Positions 1 to 11,308 of a stretch of 64,000 nucleotides of DNA are shown here, in pieces. A program made the translations under genes and the position numbers. The DNA lies in contig JAUCBJ010003252.1 of the NCBI GenBank assembly GCA_032718475.1, positions 14,368-78,367 on the forward strand, given 5' to 3'. The stretch's first letter is position 1; each line of letters begins with the position of its first letter. This DNA is from Nemertoderma westbladi. Its lineage: Eukaryota > Animalia > Xenacoelomorpha. Under the pieces are notes generated by a model that was not told the origin of the DNA, ran no database searches, and saw only the letters and a list, made by a program, of their open reading frames with translations.

Positions 1-1203
1 TAAAAGCTGAAAACATTTTCATTTTCATTTTTATACTTTAATTATATTTACTTAAAAAAATGAATTTAAAATAATTTTATAGATGATGATGAATGTACAT
101 TAAACACAGACAACTGCCACATTAATGCTGACTGTTCCAATACTGATGGTGGATTTAGTTGTAGTTGCATGTCTGGATACACAGGAGATGGTGTCACATG
201 TTTAGGTAATAAATAAATTGACATACAATAATTACAAACATAATTTTTTTAAAAGCTGAAAACATTTTCATTTTTATACTATAATTATATTTACTTAAAA
301 AAATGAATTTAAAATAATTTTATAGATGATGATGAATGTACATTAAACACAGACAACTGCCAAATTAATGCTGACTGTTCCAATACTGATGGTGGATTTA
401 GTTGTAGTTGCATGTCTGGATACACAGGAGATGGTGTCACATGTTTAGGTAATAAATAAATTGACATACAATAATTACAAACATAATTTTTTTAAAAGCT
501 GAAAACATTTTCATTTTTATACTATAATTATATTTACTTAAAAAAATGAATTTAAAATAATTTTATAGATGATGATGAATGTACATTAAACACAGACAAC
601 TGCCACATTAATGCTGACTGTTCCAATACTGATGGTGGATTTAGTTGTAGTTGCAAAACTGGATACACAGGAGATGGTGTCACTACATGTTTAGGTAATA
701 AATAAATTGACATACAATAATTACAAACATAATTTTTTAAAAGCTGAAAACATTTTCATTTTCGTACTATAATTATATTTACTTAAAAAAATGAATTTAA
801 AATAATTTTATAGATGATGATGAATGTACATTAAACACAGACAACTGCCACATTAATGCTGACTGTTCCAATACTGATGGTGGATTTAGTTGTAGTTGCA
901 AAACTGGATACACAGGAGATGGTGTCACTACATGTTTAGGTAATAAATAAATTGACATACAATAATTACAAACATAATTTTTTAAAAGCTGAAAACATTT
1001 TCATTTTTATACTATAATTATATTTACTTAAAAAAATGAATTTAAAATAATTTTATAGATGATGATGAATGTACATTAAACACAGACAACTGCCACATTA
1101 ATGCTGACTGTTCCAATACTGATGGTGGATTTAGTTGTAGTTGCATGTCCGGATTCACAGGAGATGGTGTCACTACATGTTTAGGTAATAAATAAATTGA
1201 CAT
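1..1203 (+). repeat. Tandem array block 1 of ~243-246 bp exon+intron units (cbEGF array)
   Basis: Five near-identical units; exon starts at 83, 326, 569, 814 and 1059. The array runs off the left edge of the window. Confidence 0.97.
83..1184 (+). CDS. Calcium-binding EGF-like domain exons (fibrillin/fibulin/nidogen-like repeat protein), exons 83-205, 326-448, 569-694, 814-939, 1059-1184
   Basis: Each exon is bounded by ttttatAG| and |GTaat, is 123 or 126 nt, phase 1-1 and open. Translation (D)[28 protein letters not shown](M/K)(S/T)GYTGDGVT(T)CL has 6 Cys and the D-x-D-E-C and C-x-N-x4-F-x-C cbEGF motifs. Confidence 0.85.
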
Positions 1204-1329
1204 TATAAATATGACATATAAAATATTACATATTTTTTAGATTTTTTAGAGATCGCTGTACTGGCCTACTGACGTACTACTGCCTAGGCCTATATAAATA
1301 TTGGAATACTTAAAAGCATCTTATTTACA

Positions 1330-3022
1330 ATGACGCATCCACAGAATATTAATGTCGCAAATGATGAAAACGATCACAGTATTATTGCTAGTATTATTTC
1401 ATCAATGGATGACCCTGAAATAAAGAATTGTTTAAGCTGCTGGTCCCAGGAGGAGACAGGAACTGCAATCACCAAAAAACTTAACAAATGTCCAACCAGC
1501 CAACTTCGCAAGACAGCCCTTAACATGGGATGTGAAAGGGCGAATGACAACCTCTATAAGGCGCAATTAGTAGTTGAGGTTGTTAAATCAATTGAACGTT
1601 TCCTACCTGAGGAATGCGCGAACTGTGGGGCTGACTACTCATGCGAGTTCGGAGAGAAAACCGCTATTCAATGTTTCATTTGTCAACGAGGTGTTCACAG
1701 TGGTTGTGTCACTGATCCACCGCAAACAGAAGAATATAAAGCACTAACATCGGCCCGCGGATTTGTCTGGGTATGCCTCTATTGCCAACAACGGGCCATA
1801 GCTGGCAAAGCAATTATTCGCGATAACGAAGGCAAATCCATTGCCGGTATTCGTAAGCGTCAAATTCTAGGCGCAGTGGCTACGACTGAAGGAGTACCGG
1901 TACCGTTGTCGGAACAAATGAGGGTTAAGGAACTGCAAACGAGAAGTCCAACAGTCAATGGGCCAAGTCAGTTCGAGAGTGATAACTGCATTCTCACCAT
2001 TACAAACACCGCTACTGGTAGAGACAACACTGATAGTGTTGTACAACCAATTCACCGTCAGTACCAGTATATGGATTCGACCAACCAAACTCAAGTTAGT
2101 CGACTACAAAACCGCTTTGATATACTGGATGATGAAGATGATGATGTTGTCGATTTAGGTTCTGTACATTATGAAACAGAGGATGAATGGGTAAATCCCA
2201 ACAGTACTGTTGGTAGAGAGACGTCACCGGTATCACACAACCACAATAAATCGGAACCTCATTCTACAAACAGCAGCAATGAAAATAGACCTGTCTGTCG
2301 GTTCTTTCGCAATGGGAACTGCCAGTTTGGCCGATCGGGACGAGGCTGTTCATATTGACATCCAAAACTTTGTCTTAAATTCTTAAACAAAGGAAAATCA
2401 AGCCAAGGTGGCTGCACTAAGGGGACGTCCTGTAGGTACTTTCATCCCACACTGTGCCGCAATTCTGTCAACGAGAAACAATGGCAAATGTAACTTCTAC
2501 CATATCCGTGGCACTCAACGTGTCAAGAGGCTGCAGGAAAATCGCGTGGAAGACAGATATAATATCAGGGAACAAAGTGTTGGGCTACAAGGGAATAACA
2601 TAGTCTCCCGGAGCTACACCAAGTCGAACCTCCCCCCTCATAGAGAAATCGACCAACCAAACACCAATGGTCAAATCCAGCAGCGTAATGTGGAATGCTA
2701 TCGCTATGGTGAAGCTCAGACTTTGCAGACCACGGATCAGAGTTCTTTTTTAGAGAACGCCATGGCAGAAATGCAGAACTCGTTTACTATGCAAATGTCT
2801 CAGATGCAGGATCAAATATTGGGTATGCAGCGCCAGTTCTCTCACCAACTTCAGCAGTTGGTGCAGCTACAGCCCCAGGCAGCTGCATCCCCACCTCAAA
2901 CCCAAATACAATACTATACTCAGCAACCGAGTGTCCACAACACACAACAAATGCAAGGTTTTGCCCAGTCGGGCCAGGTTCATATAGTACCGGTGTCCAA
3001 CCCAACCCAAATTATGGTGTAA
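1330..3022 (+). pseudogene. LINE ORF1: PHD-like finger, three CCCH zinc fingers, Q-rich C-terminus
   Basis: PHD-like CANC...CFIC...HSGC...WVCLYC. CCCH fingers: CRFFRNGNCQFGRSGRGCSY*H and CLKF...GCTKGTSCRYFH. In-frame TGA at 2356 and a frameshift at ~2480. Confidence 0.8.
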
Positions 3023-3244
3023 ACCATGGCTCTTACAGTTATGTAAATAATTTTGAGGATACCATTTTTCATAGAGGAAGGAGTGCCAATAATAATTTTC
3101 GCACTCATATTAATAACTTTGAATTGAATAATAATAAAGCCAAAATGCAAAACGCTGTTGGTTCTTCCCCTAAGGAAAATATAAATGCAAATTTTACCAA
3201 TTTACATAATATTAAGAGCCAGGGCTACACGAATAATTTAAATT

Positions 3245-6200
3245 GTGCTCCAAGTAATACTAATCTTACTACCGGTTCTACAAACACTAATATTAGTAGT
3301 AGTAATACTCACTACTACTAATAGTACTAACCAAAAAGGGCTCAGTTATGGCAATTTTTCTAGCTACACGAATTGTTATCAAAATAATATTAATCAACAT
3401 TTTATTGTACTAAATATCCAAGGGCTACATTTTCAAGGCCAGCCATCTAAAGTACCACATATTCAGGACTTGGCTAGTTCTTCTCCCCAATTTATTGCCC
3501 TAACCGAAACCCATTTAAATAGTAAGTTTTTGGATGCTGAATTAAAAGTACCAGGCTATACCTTAGTTAGGGCTGACAGGGATTCTAGAGCCAAAGGAGG
3601 TGCCGGTATATATATAAATGATAATATTGTTTTCACAATAATCGAAAAATACTCAAATACTGTTTGTGAATTCTTAGCTGTTCATTTTCAGTGTAGTGAT
3701 ACCCTAGTATTTGTAGTATATCGGCCTCCTTCCTGTGAAATAAAATTATTTAAGGAGTGTTTAAATAGGGTTGAAAATATTATTGAATGCGAAAATTTCA
3801 ATAATAGTAGACTCCTAATCTCTGGGGACTTTAATTTTCCCAACATTTCTTGGGGCAGGGACACTTTTTCATCTCACTCTCCAATAGCCTCTATAAATTA
3901 TCAGGGCAATGCATTGCTTGGATTAATGTCACGCTGGTTTATGACCCAGGTCGTTGACAAACCAACCCGCTTGAACAGTACCATCGATCTACTTATTACC
4001 AACGATTTAGACTACATAGACAAAGTAAATGTATATGGTACCAATTATTCAGACCACAATGTTGTACAAATTTTCACGAGTAAAATAGAAGCAAACACAC
4101 AACACAATATAGAACGCAATAACGTACCGGTGCAAGGTTTTAAGAACCTGAACTTTATTTCTGAAAAAACTGATTGGGTATCCGTGAAATCAGAAATTAA
4201 AGAAACAGATTGGTCAGAATTATTTTGAGATAAAACGTTGGACCAAAAAGTTGAAATTTTGTTACAAAATTTAGAATCTATTTGCGAAAGTAACGTCCCA
4301 CCGAGAAAACCAAATTCAAAAGCAAAAATTCCCTTAGAGAGACACTCATTATTTAAAAAACGAACAAAGTTGTTGAAAAGAATAATAAATTCAACGTCAA
4401 AAGTGAAAATAGCCAAATTAAATTCCGATTTGACTAAACTCGATTCAGAGTTATATCTATCTCGCCAGCATGAATCAAAAAGGAACGAAATTAATGCCGT
4501 GAATAAGATCAAAGTAAATCCGAAATTCTTTTTTTCCTTTGCTAACACGAAACGTAAGGATAAAGTAAATGTTGGTCCATTTGTTATTAACCCTATTAGT
4601 ACCGGGCTATAAAATGTTGTACAAATACCGGGAGGGGGTCATATTGACCCCCCCCCTCTAAAATCTACAAATATTTACGAAAACGTCTGATTTTTTGTTT
4701 GTACGTAGGTATCACTTGTCTGGATCCGACCGAAAAAAAAAAATTTCGAAAAAATGTACTGGGGTGGTTATATTGCAGCACCAAAATTACAAGTAGTGCA
4801 CAATTTTCACAAAATTTGAAAGTTACATTTTCGGCTAATTATTTTTCAATACAGGTTTTCTGGGGCGCAAAATACATTGGAAAATATTTAAAAATGATAT
4901 GATTACTATAAATGGCTGTTTAGTCCTCTCTGCGTAGGAAAAAAATGAAAAAAACAAGTAACCAGCACTTTTCAGTTAGAACACAAAATTTTTAATTCAC
5001 TTATACGATGCTATAAATTCACATTTTCAGGTTTTCGAGGGCCCTGATTCTAATGGAATACATTTCTAATATGCCAGATCATTGCTACTTGTATTTTTCG
5101 GCGTAATTTGGCAAATTTTGGTGCTAGCACCAAATTTCGTACCCATCTCCAAAAAGTACAAGTTTGCGATGTCCAGTGCTGTTTTTATTGATTCCATCGG
5201 ATTCAGGACCCTCATAAACCCGTATAACGCAAGAAACAAGGTGATACTATCTACTGATCAATTTGCATATTTTCCAAAATTTGGTGCTGGCACAACAATT
5301 TTCACCCACCGGCGAAAAATACAAGTTTGAGAACTCTTATGAAATTTTTGCTGATTCCATTGAATTCAGAACCATCACAAACCCCTATAACGCAAGAAAC
5401 AAGGTGACACAATCAATTGATTTATTTGATGGTTTTCAAAATTTGGTGCTAGCACCACATTTTGCACCCACATCCGGAAAATACAAGTTTGAGATGTCTA
5501 GTTCGATAATTATATATGCCATTGAATTCAGAACAGCCATAAACTTCTAAAACGCAAGAAATAAATTGTCACAAGCAATTTTATCTATTGAATGGATTTT
5601 CAAAATTTCGTGCTAGCACCAAAATTTGCACACAGCACCGAAAAAATACAAGTTTGATACGCTTGGTGCAACTCGTATATATTTTATCGAATCCAGAACC
5701 CCAAAAAACCCCAATTGCGTAAAAAAACAAGTTTCAAACAATCAATTTACAAAATTGACATATTTCAAAATTTGGTGCTGGCACCAAAATTTGGCACCAA
5801 ACGAAAAAAACAAGTTTGAAATTTCTAAATCAATTTATATGAATTCCATCCAATTTCTAACACCAAAAAACCGGTGTAAATCGAAAATAGAGATGTTACA
5901 ATTCATATTTAATGAAATGTAATTTTCAAAAAACGTCTCAAAAAAAGTGCCAAAAGTAGGGTTAAAAAATGGTGCTATAACTCGAAAAGTACCCAATATT
6001 TTTGAAAACGGTTTTCACTACTAGGAAGACAATAGATTTTTAGGAAAAGTCATAAAATTTCAGATTCCCAACTGCGTTTGTTTCAGAATTATAATAAAAA
6101 AACCACGGGGGGGGTCATATTGACCCCCCCCCGGGTTTAATAGGGTTAACGGCAAAATAGTTTCTAATCCCGTTGATGTTTGTGAAACTTTACACGAACA

Positions 6201-7890
6201 ATACCAATCAGTTTTTTCCAATCCAATTGCAGCTCTTAGGGTCTACTCACCCTCAGAGTTCTTTAAAGTCGATCAAGATACCAAACTAACTGATGTCCCG
6301 ATTACATTAGAACTTATTATCATGGCTATTGATAAGCAATGTGCAGCCTCATCGGCAGGTCCTGATGGTATTCCAGCTCTTCTACTCAAATCATGTAAGA
6401 ATGAGTTGGCCCATCCCCTCTCTATAATCTATCAGGAATCATTATCATCTGGTATATTTCCATCTACTTTTAAATTTGGACATATTACCCCAATATTTAA
6501 GAAAGGATCCCGACTGGAGCCAATTAATTATCGACCAGTAAGTCTTACATCCATCCTCTCAAAGACCCTTGAACGTTTAGTAAGGTGGAGACTAGTAGAA
6601 TATCTGGAGATAAATAACCTCCTTAATGTGACTCAGCATGGCTTCCGGGCTGGGCGTTCTTGTCTTTCCCAACTACTAGACCATTACACATACATTCTAG
6701 ACTTGCTGGCAACGGCTGAAGGAGCCGATGTGATCTACCTTGACTTTGCCAAGGCATTTGACAAGGTAGACCACGGCGTCTTACTTCACAAAATTAAAAA
6801 ACTTGGTATCAGCGGTAGTTTGGGAGTGTGGCTCGCAAACTTCCTAACAAATCGGTCCCAGAAAGTTGTAATAAACGGTGCCAGTTCCCATCCCCAACTC
6901 ATCCTTAGCGGGGTTCCACAAGGAACGGTACTTGGACCCCTACTGTTCCTTATTATGGTTGGGGACATTAACACTAACACAAACAATAAATTATCATCAT
7001 TTGCTGACGACACAAGAGTAACTGCTCCATCTCTTAACAATGATGACAATAATCTACAAAGAGATTTAAATACAATATATGATTGGGCTGTAAATAACAA
7101 TATGCATCTACATGGTGACAAATTTGAGCATCTGCACTACAGCAACAAACCCAAATCTCATCCACACAATAGCTACACGTATATAAATTCTACTGGCGAC
7201 CATTTGATAATAACTTCAGATCATGCAACTAAAGATCTAGGTATGACCATGAGTGATAATGGGCGTTTTTCATTACATTTCACAAACATTTGTAAAACCG
7301 GATCTCAGTTATGTGGCTGGATACTAAGGACATTTACAACCCGTAATGTAATCCCCATGGTTACGCTTTTTAATTCTCTCGTCCGCCCAAGACTCGAATA
7401 TTGCTGCCAGTTGTAGAACCCAGCTACTGTAGCTGATATCCAAAAAATTGAAAATGTACAACGGGCCTACACCCGCCGCATATTTGGAATGAAGGATATA
7501 AATTATTGGGAACGCTTGAAAATGTTACGGTTATATTCGCTCGAGCGGAGGAGAGAAAGGTATATAATAATATATACATGGAAAATTATCGAAAATAGAG
7601 TTCCAAATATTTCAGATTTAACCTATAAAATTAAATCTACAAAAAACATCCGCAGAGGTCGACTTTGTACCATACCGTCCCTTGCAAGTAAGGCTACATG
7701 TCGCGTCTCCTCTCTTATAGACAACAGTTTTTGTGTTATTGGACCTAAATTATTTAACACCATCCCAAAACATATAAGAGACTTGACAGGCTGCGCACTG
7801 GCGACTTTTAAAAAGCATCTTGATGCATATCTTTTCACCGTCCCAGATTGTCCCGACTCGCCTGGATACACTGACTCGAGACCTATCTAG
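3245..7890 (+). pseudogene. LINE ORF2: apurinic endonuclease + reverse transcriptase (CR1 group), split by the 4591-6145 insertion
   Basis: EN motifs LNIQGL, LTETHL, VYRPP, GDFNFP, SDHN. RT motifs GPDGIP, YRPVSL, QHGFR, YLDFAKAFDKV, GVPQGTVLGP, FADD, YSLERRRERY. Stops at 4226 and 7414. Removing the insert restores GPFVIN|GKIVSNP in frame. Confidence 0.93.
4591..6145. mobile_element. Non-autonomous piggyBac-type element (TTAA TSD) with internal ~163-bp tandem repeats
   Basis: TTAA at 4587-4590 and 6146-6149. TIR ccctatta...taataggg. Subterminal palindrome gggggtcatattgaccccc at both ends. Repeated tggtgctagcacca-like motif at ~5120, 5282, 5444, 5608 and 5773. Confidence 0.92.
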
Positions 7891-7967
7891 TCAAACTCCC
7901 TAACTAAGGTACAAGTATTCAAATAAATTAAATGGACTACATTTCTTTCATTGCATTGTCCATTTTA

Positions 7968-10900
7968 CCCACGCATGGCCGATCGGGTCTTTTGCGACCC
8001 GAGCAGTGTCCATTTTACCCACGCATGGCCGATCGGGTCTTTTGCGACCCGAGCAGATATTGTTTTTTCAACCAATCAAATAGCTTTGGGCCCACCAACC
8101 CAAAATTTCATGAATTCCTACCATATTATGCTACAAACAACATAGCATCAGAAGATTTTAAAAAATTTCAATTTTCTGGGTTTTATGAACTGTTTTCCAA
8201 AGTCCCCACATATTTGGCTGGTTTGGGTCACAAACGTCCCATACGGATTTACCTGTTTGCAGTTAGTACTGTTTGCTGTAGTTACACCGTATGCTACTGC
8301 AGTACTGCTATACCAAGGCCTAAGGTTCTCTAGTAGGCCTTGTGCATACATATATACACTATACCTGTATACCGTACAGCAGTACCGGTATTCTACATAG
8401 GCCAGTCAGCAGTCTGTACCGGTACCTGTACAGTGTGTTCACGTTCAACCTGCATTGACCTGTCCTGTCACTGCCTGTCGTTTTGTTCATGGTTAAAAAT
8501 GAAGGATTCAGGCTGTCTCGTTTGGACGACAAACTAATAAATAGCTACTGGTACGGGTACCGGTACCCCATCGCGCAAGGAATATCCAAGGAGAACTCGC
8601 ATACCCCGTCAAGATCTATTCCTTGATAAGCCCGATTTCGAAAGTGAGTCTGAAGAGGAAGGTTGCCTTTCTGATGTTGAAGATGGGCTTCAAGGGTCGA
8701 ATTCAGAAGCTGATAATGTAGAATCTCAATCATCATCTGGATCTGGAGATGATTCTGTGGATTTGCCTACCGGTACAACACTTACAACTGCAACTGGTCA
8801 TGCTGGTACCAGTACCGATGGTGAATCAGCTCAACCACATGATGTACCGGTACCAATACCGCCTCTACATGTACCTTCTGGCGTCTTTCACAAACTTGTA
8901 AATAAGAAAGTTGTGGTGACTGATTTGTGGGCCAGTAAGGCTCCAACCACAGGAAAGACTCGTGAGATAAATATTTACCGTTCATCTTCAGGTTTGTTTG
9001 CCTGTTTGTTGTAGTACTGTAGTAGGTAGTAGTAGGCTGTAGTAGTTTGTTTGTATGATCTGTGGTGGGCATACCATATACTGATATAGCCTGTACCCGA
9101 TCGATGTGGCTATAGATGTCTAGCCTGACAGCTAATATCAGTTGAGGCTATCTAGATCTGTAGATCTATAAGATCTATCCAATCCAAATAATTTTAATTT
9201 TAAGTTATTTAGGTATGCCCTACTTGTTGGCTACCAGTAGCAGTAGCCTATTGTCTAAATTTGTTTTATTTTATTTTTTTCAGGATTGCCCCGACATGTT
9301 CGAGATTTGAATATTGTAGAAACAATACATGCATTCCAGTTGTTGTTCAATGTTGCATTGATGTCGGTGGTTCTGAAGTACTCAAATGAAGAGGGTTTGC
9401 GGAACTCACCTGCCTTTACTCCATTTACACTGGAAGAGTTAACTGGATTCATTGGATTTTTGATATATTCTGGTGTACAACGGGATTCTCGATTACCCAT
9501 AGATGAGTTGTTTGATACTGTGAAAGGTCATGGGCGGCGTATATATAATGCAGCATTCAGTCGTCTGAGAGTCAAGGAGTTTTTGCTAGTTCTGGACCGA
9601 CTAGCACCCCTTCGTGATGTTTGGGACATATTTACCTCCAGACTACGGTCTTGCTATATTCCTGGTCCATACTTGACAGTCGATGAAATGTTAACGCCTT
9701 TTCGTGGTAAGTGTAGCTTCAGGCAGTACATGAAGAGTAAGCCAGCTAAATATGGTCTCAAGGTGTGGTGGCTGTGCGATGCTACCACTTTCTATCCAAT
9801 AAGTGGGCAGGTTTACTTAGGCAAGCAACCCGGGCGTGCTGGCCGTGAAGTCAATCAAGGAAAGCGTGTTGTGCTGGATCTAATTGATACCATAAAGAAC
9901 TCAGGGCGCAATATTTGTGCGGACAACTTTTTTTCCAGTTTAGCCCTTGTGAATGAACTGCGACAGCTCAAACTTTCATACCTAGGTACAATACGCAAGA
10001 ACAAGCCAGAGCTGCCACTGGAGTTTACCACTGTTGGGTCAAGGCCACCGCTTTCCAGCTTGTTTGGTCACCAGGAAACTGCAACAATAGTCTCCTACAT
10101 CACTGCAAAGAAGAAGAATGTGACACTAATTTCTTCAATGCACTACGATCAAAAGTGTGTTGATACTGCTGCGATGAAACCGGAGATGATTGTGGATTAT
10201 AATCACTGCAAATGTGGTGTCGATGTCATGGACAAGATGGTTACGATGATGACAGTCCGTCGTGGAACTTTTCGATGGCCACAGAAATTGTTTTATACAA
10301 TGGTTGATGTGGCTGGAATTGCTTCATATGTTATATTTAAGCTTTATTATCCTTCCCCTGGCAAATGTTCAAATACAGACAGGAGGAAATTTATTCTGTC
10401 TCTTTCTGTGGGTTAACTCAAGGTGGCCATTCAATCACGTAAACTGAGCTGTCACATCCCACAGCAGTCACACAGCCTGGCTGTGGCTATTCAAGGACAG
10501 TCACCTTCTTCCAGCCAAGGAATTGTTGTAAGTGGAACACGCAAGAGGAAGCGGTGTTTCCTTTGCCCCGCCGCATTGGACATTAAAACTGTTGGCATCT
10601 GCCAGAAATGTACAAAACCTGTTTGTAAACGGCACCGACATGAACTGATAAACTGTGAAATGTGTGTAAATGAATGATATGATAAATAAATATATACTCA
10701 TTGTATGCCCTTCATAAATTTCTTAAACTTTGTCTGTTGAATGTGCTCTTTGTGTTTTATGCTTATATTATTAAAATTATTCTACTTTCGCTGATTATTG
10801 GAACTTTATATCAATCAATCAATAATTGTTCAATCAATCAATAATTGATCAATCAATCAATAATTGATCAATCAATCAAAAAAATAAATCGATTAAACTG

Positions 10901-11056
10901 GCAACCAACCTTAAGGGAAACCGGTGGGCAGTTATTTTAATTGATGTAATTATTAGTTGTATATTTATTTTGCTTTCTTGTGACTTAAAATAACTCGGGT
11001 CGTTTGGGACCCGGAACGGCCAATGACGTGGGCGAAAAAAAGCGGCCATGGGTGGG
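7968..11056 (+). mobile_element. piggyBac DNA transposon inserted in the LINE 3' UTR
   Basis: TIR cccacgcatggcc / ggccatgggtggg; flanks TTTA (7964-7967) and TTAA (11057-11060). The left junction is tandemly duplicated (50 bp, 7957-8056). Confidence 0.9.
8757..10677 (+). pseudogene. piggyBac transposase with an intron (8992-9283) and C-terminal cysteine-rich domain
   Basis: Motifs TVDEML, QYMKSKPAKYGLK, ADNFF, GTIRKNK, DYNHCKCGVDVMD and CRD CFLC...CQKCTKPVCKRH. In-frame TAA at 10414. Splicing G|gt...cag|GA joins NIYRSSSG-LPRHV in frame. The 5' end is degraded. Confidence 0.88.
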
Positions 11057-11308
11057 TTAAACAGAAGAATTAGCCAGTTTTTGCACAATTTGTATACAAT
11101 GTATATTTTTACTATAATGTTTTTTTTTCTCATTATTAGTTATGTGCATTTTGTGCCTTATTTGCGTAATTTTTACAACTGTAGGCCCGTACTTAATTAT
11201 TTGATATACTGCAGTTTTTAGGTTTATGTACTTAATTTGGTGTGCTCTACGAGTTCTACCGTGTGAATTTTAAATCACTAAATATATATACAAGAATATA
11301 CAAGAATA

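Larger units (their letters stand above)
1204..11308 (+). mobile_element. Full-length CR1-group non-LTR retrotransposon inserted in an EGF-array intron; contains two nested piggyBac elements
   Basis: The intron breaks at attgacat| (1203) and resumes at tacaataattac (~11309). The insert carries ORF1 and an APE-RT ORF2, and ends in a short (acaagaatat)n tail. Confidence 0.9.

Noticed and set aside
4699-5922. Several 67-98 aa ORFs with a recurring LVLAP/KYKF motif
   Set aside because: They are translations of the non-coding 163-bp repeat inside a MITE; frames are inconsistent.
1867-7871. Antisense ORFs over LINE coding regions (1867, 2787, 4045, 6786, 7623)
   Set aside because: Shadow frames of the sense-strand retroelement ORFs with no motifs; the same applies to 17518, 28386 and 59414.
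10810-10880. atcaatcaataattg repeats
   Set aside because: Simple microsatellite-like expansion in the piggyBac 3' region.
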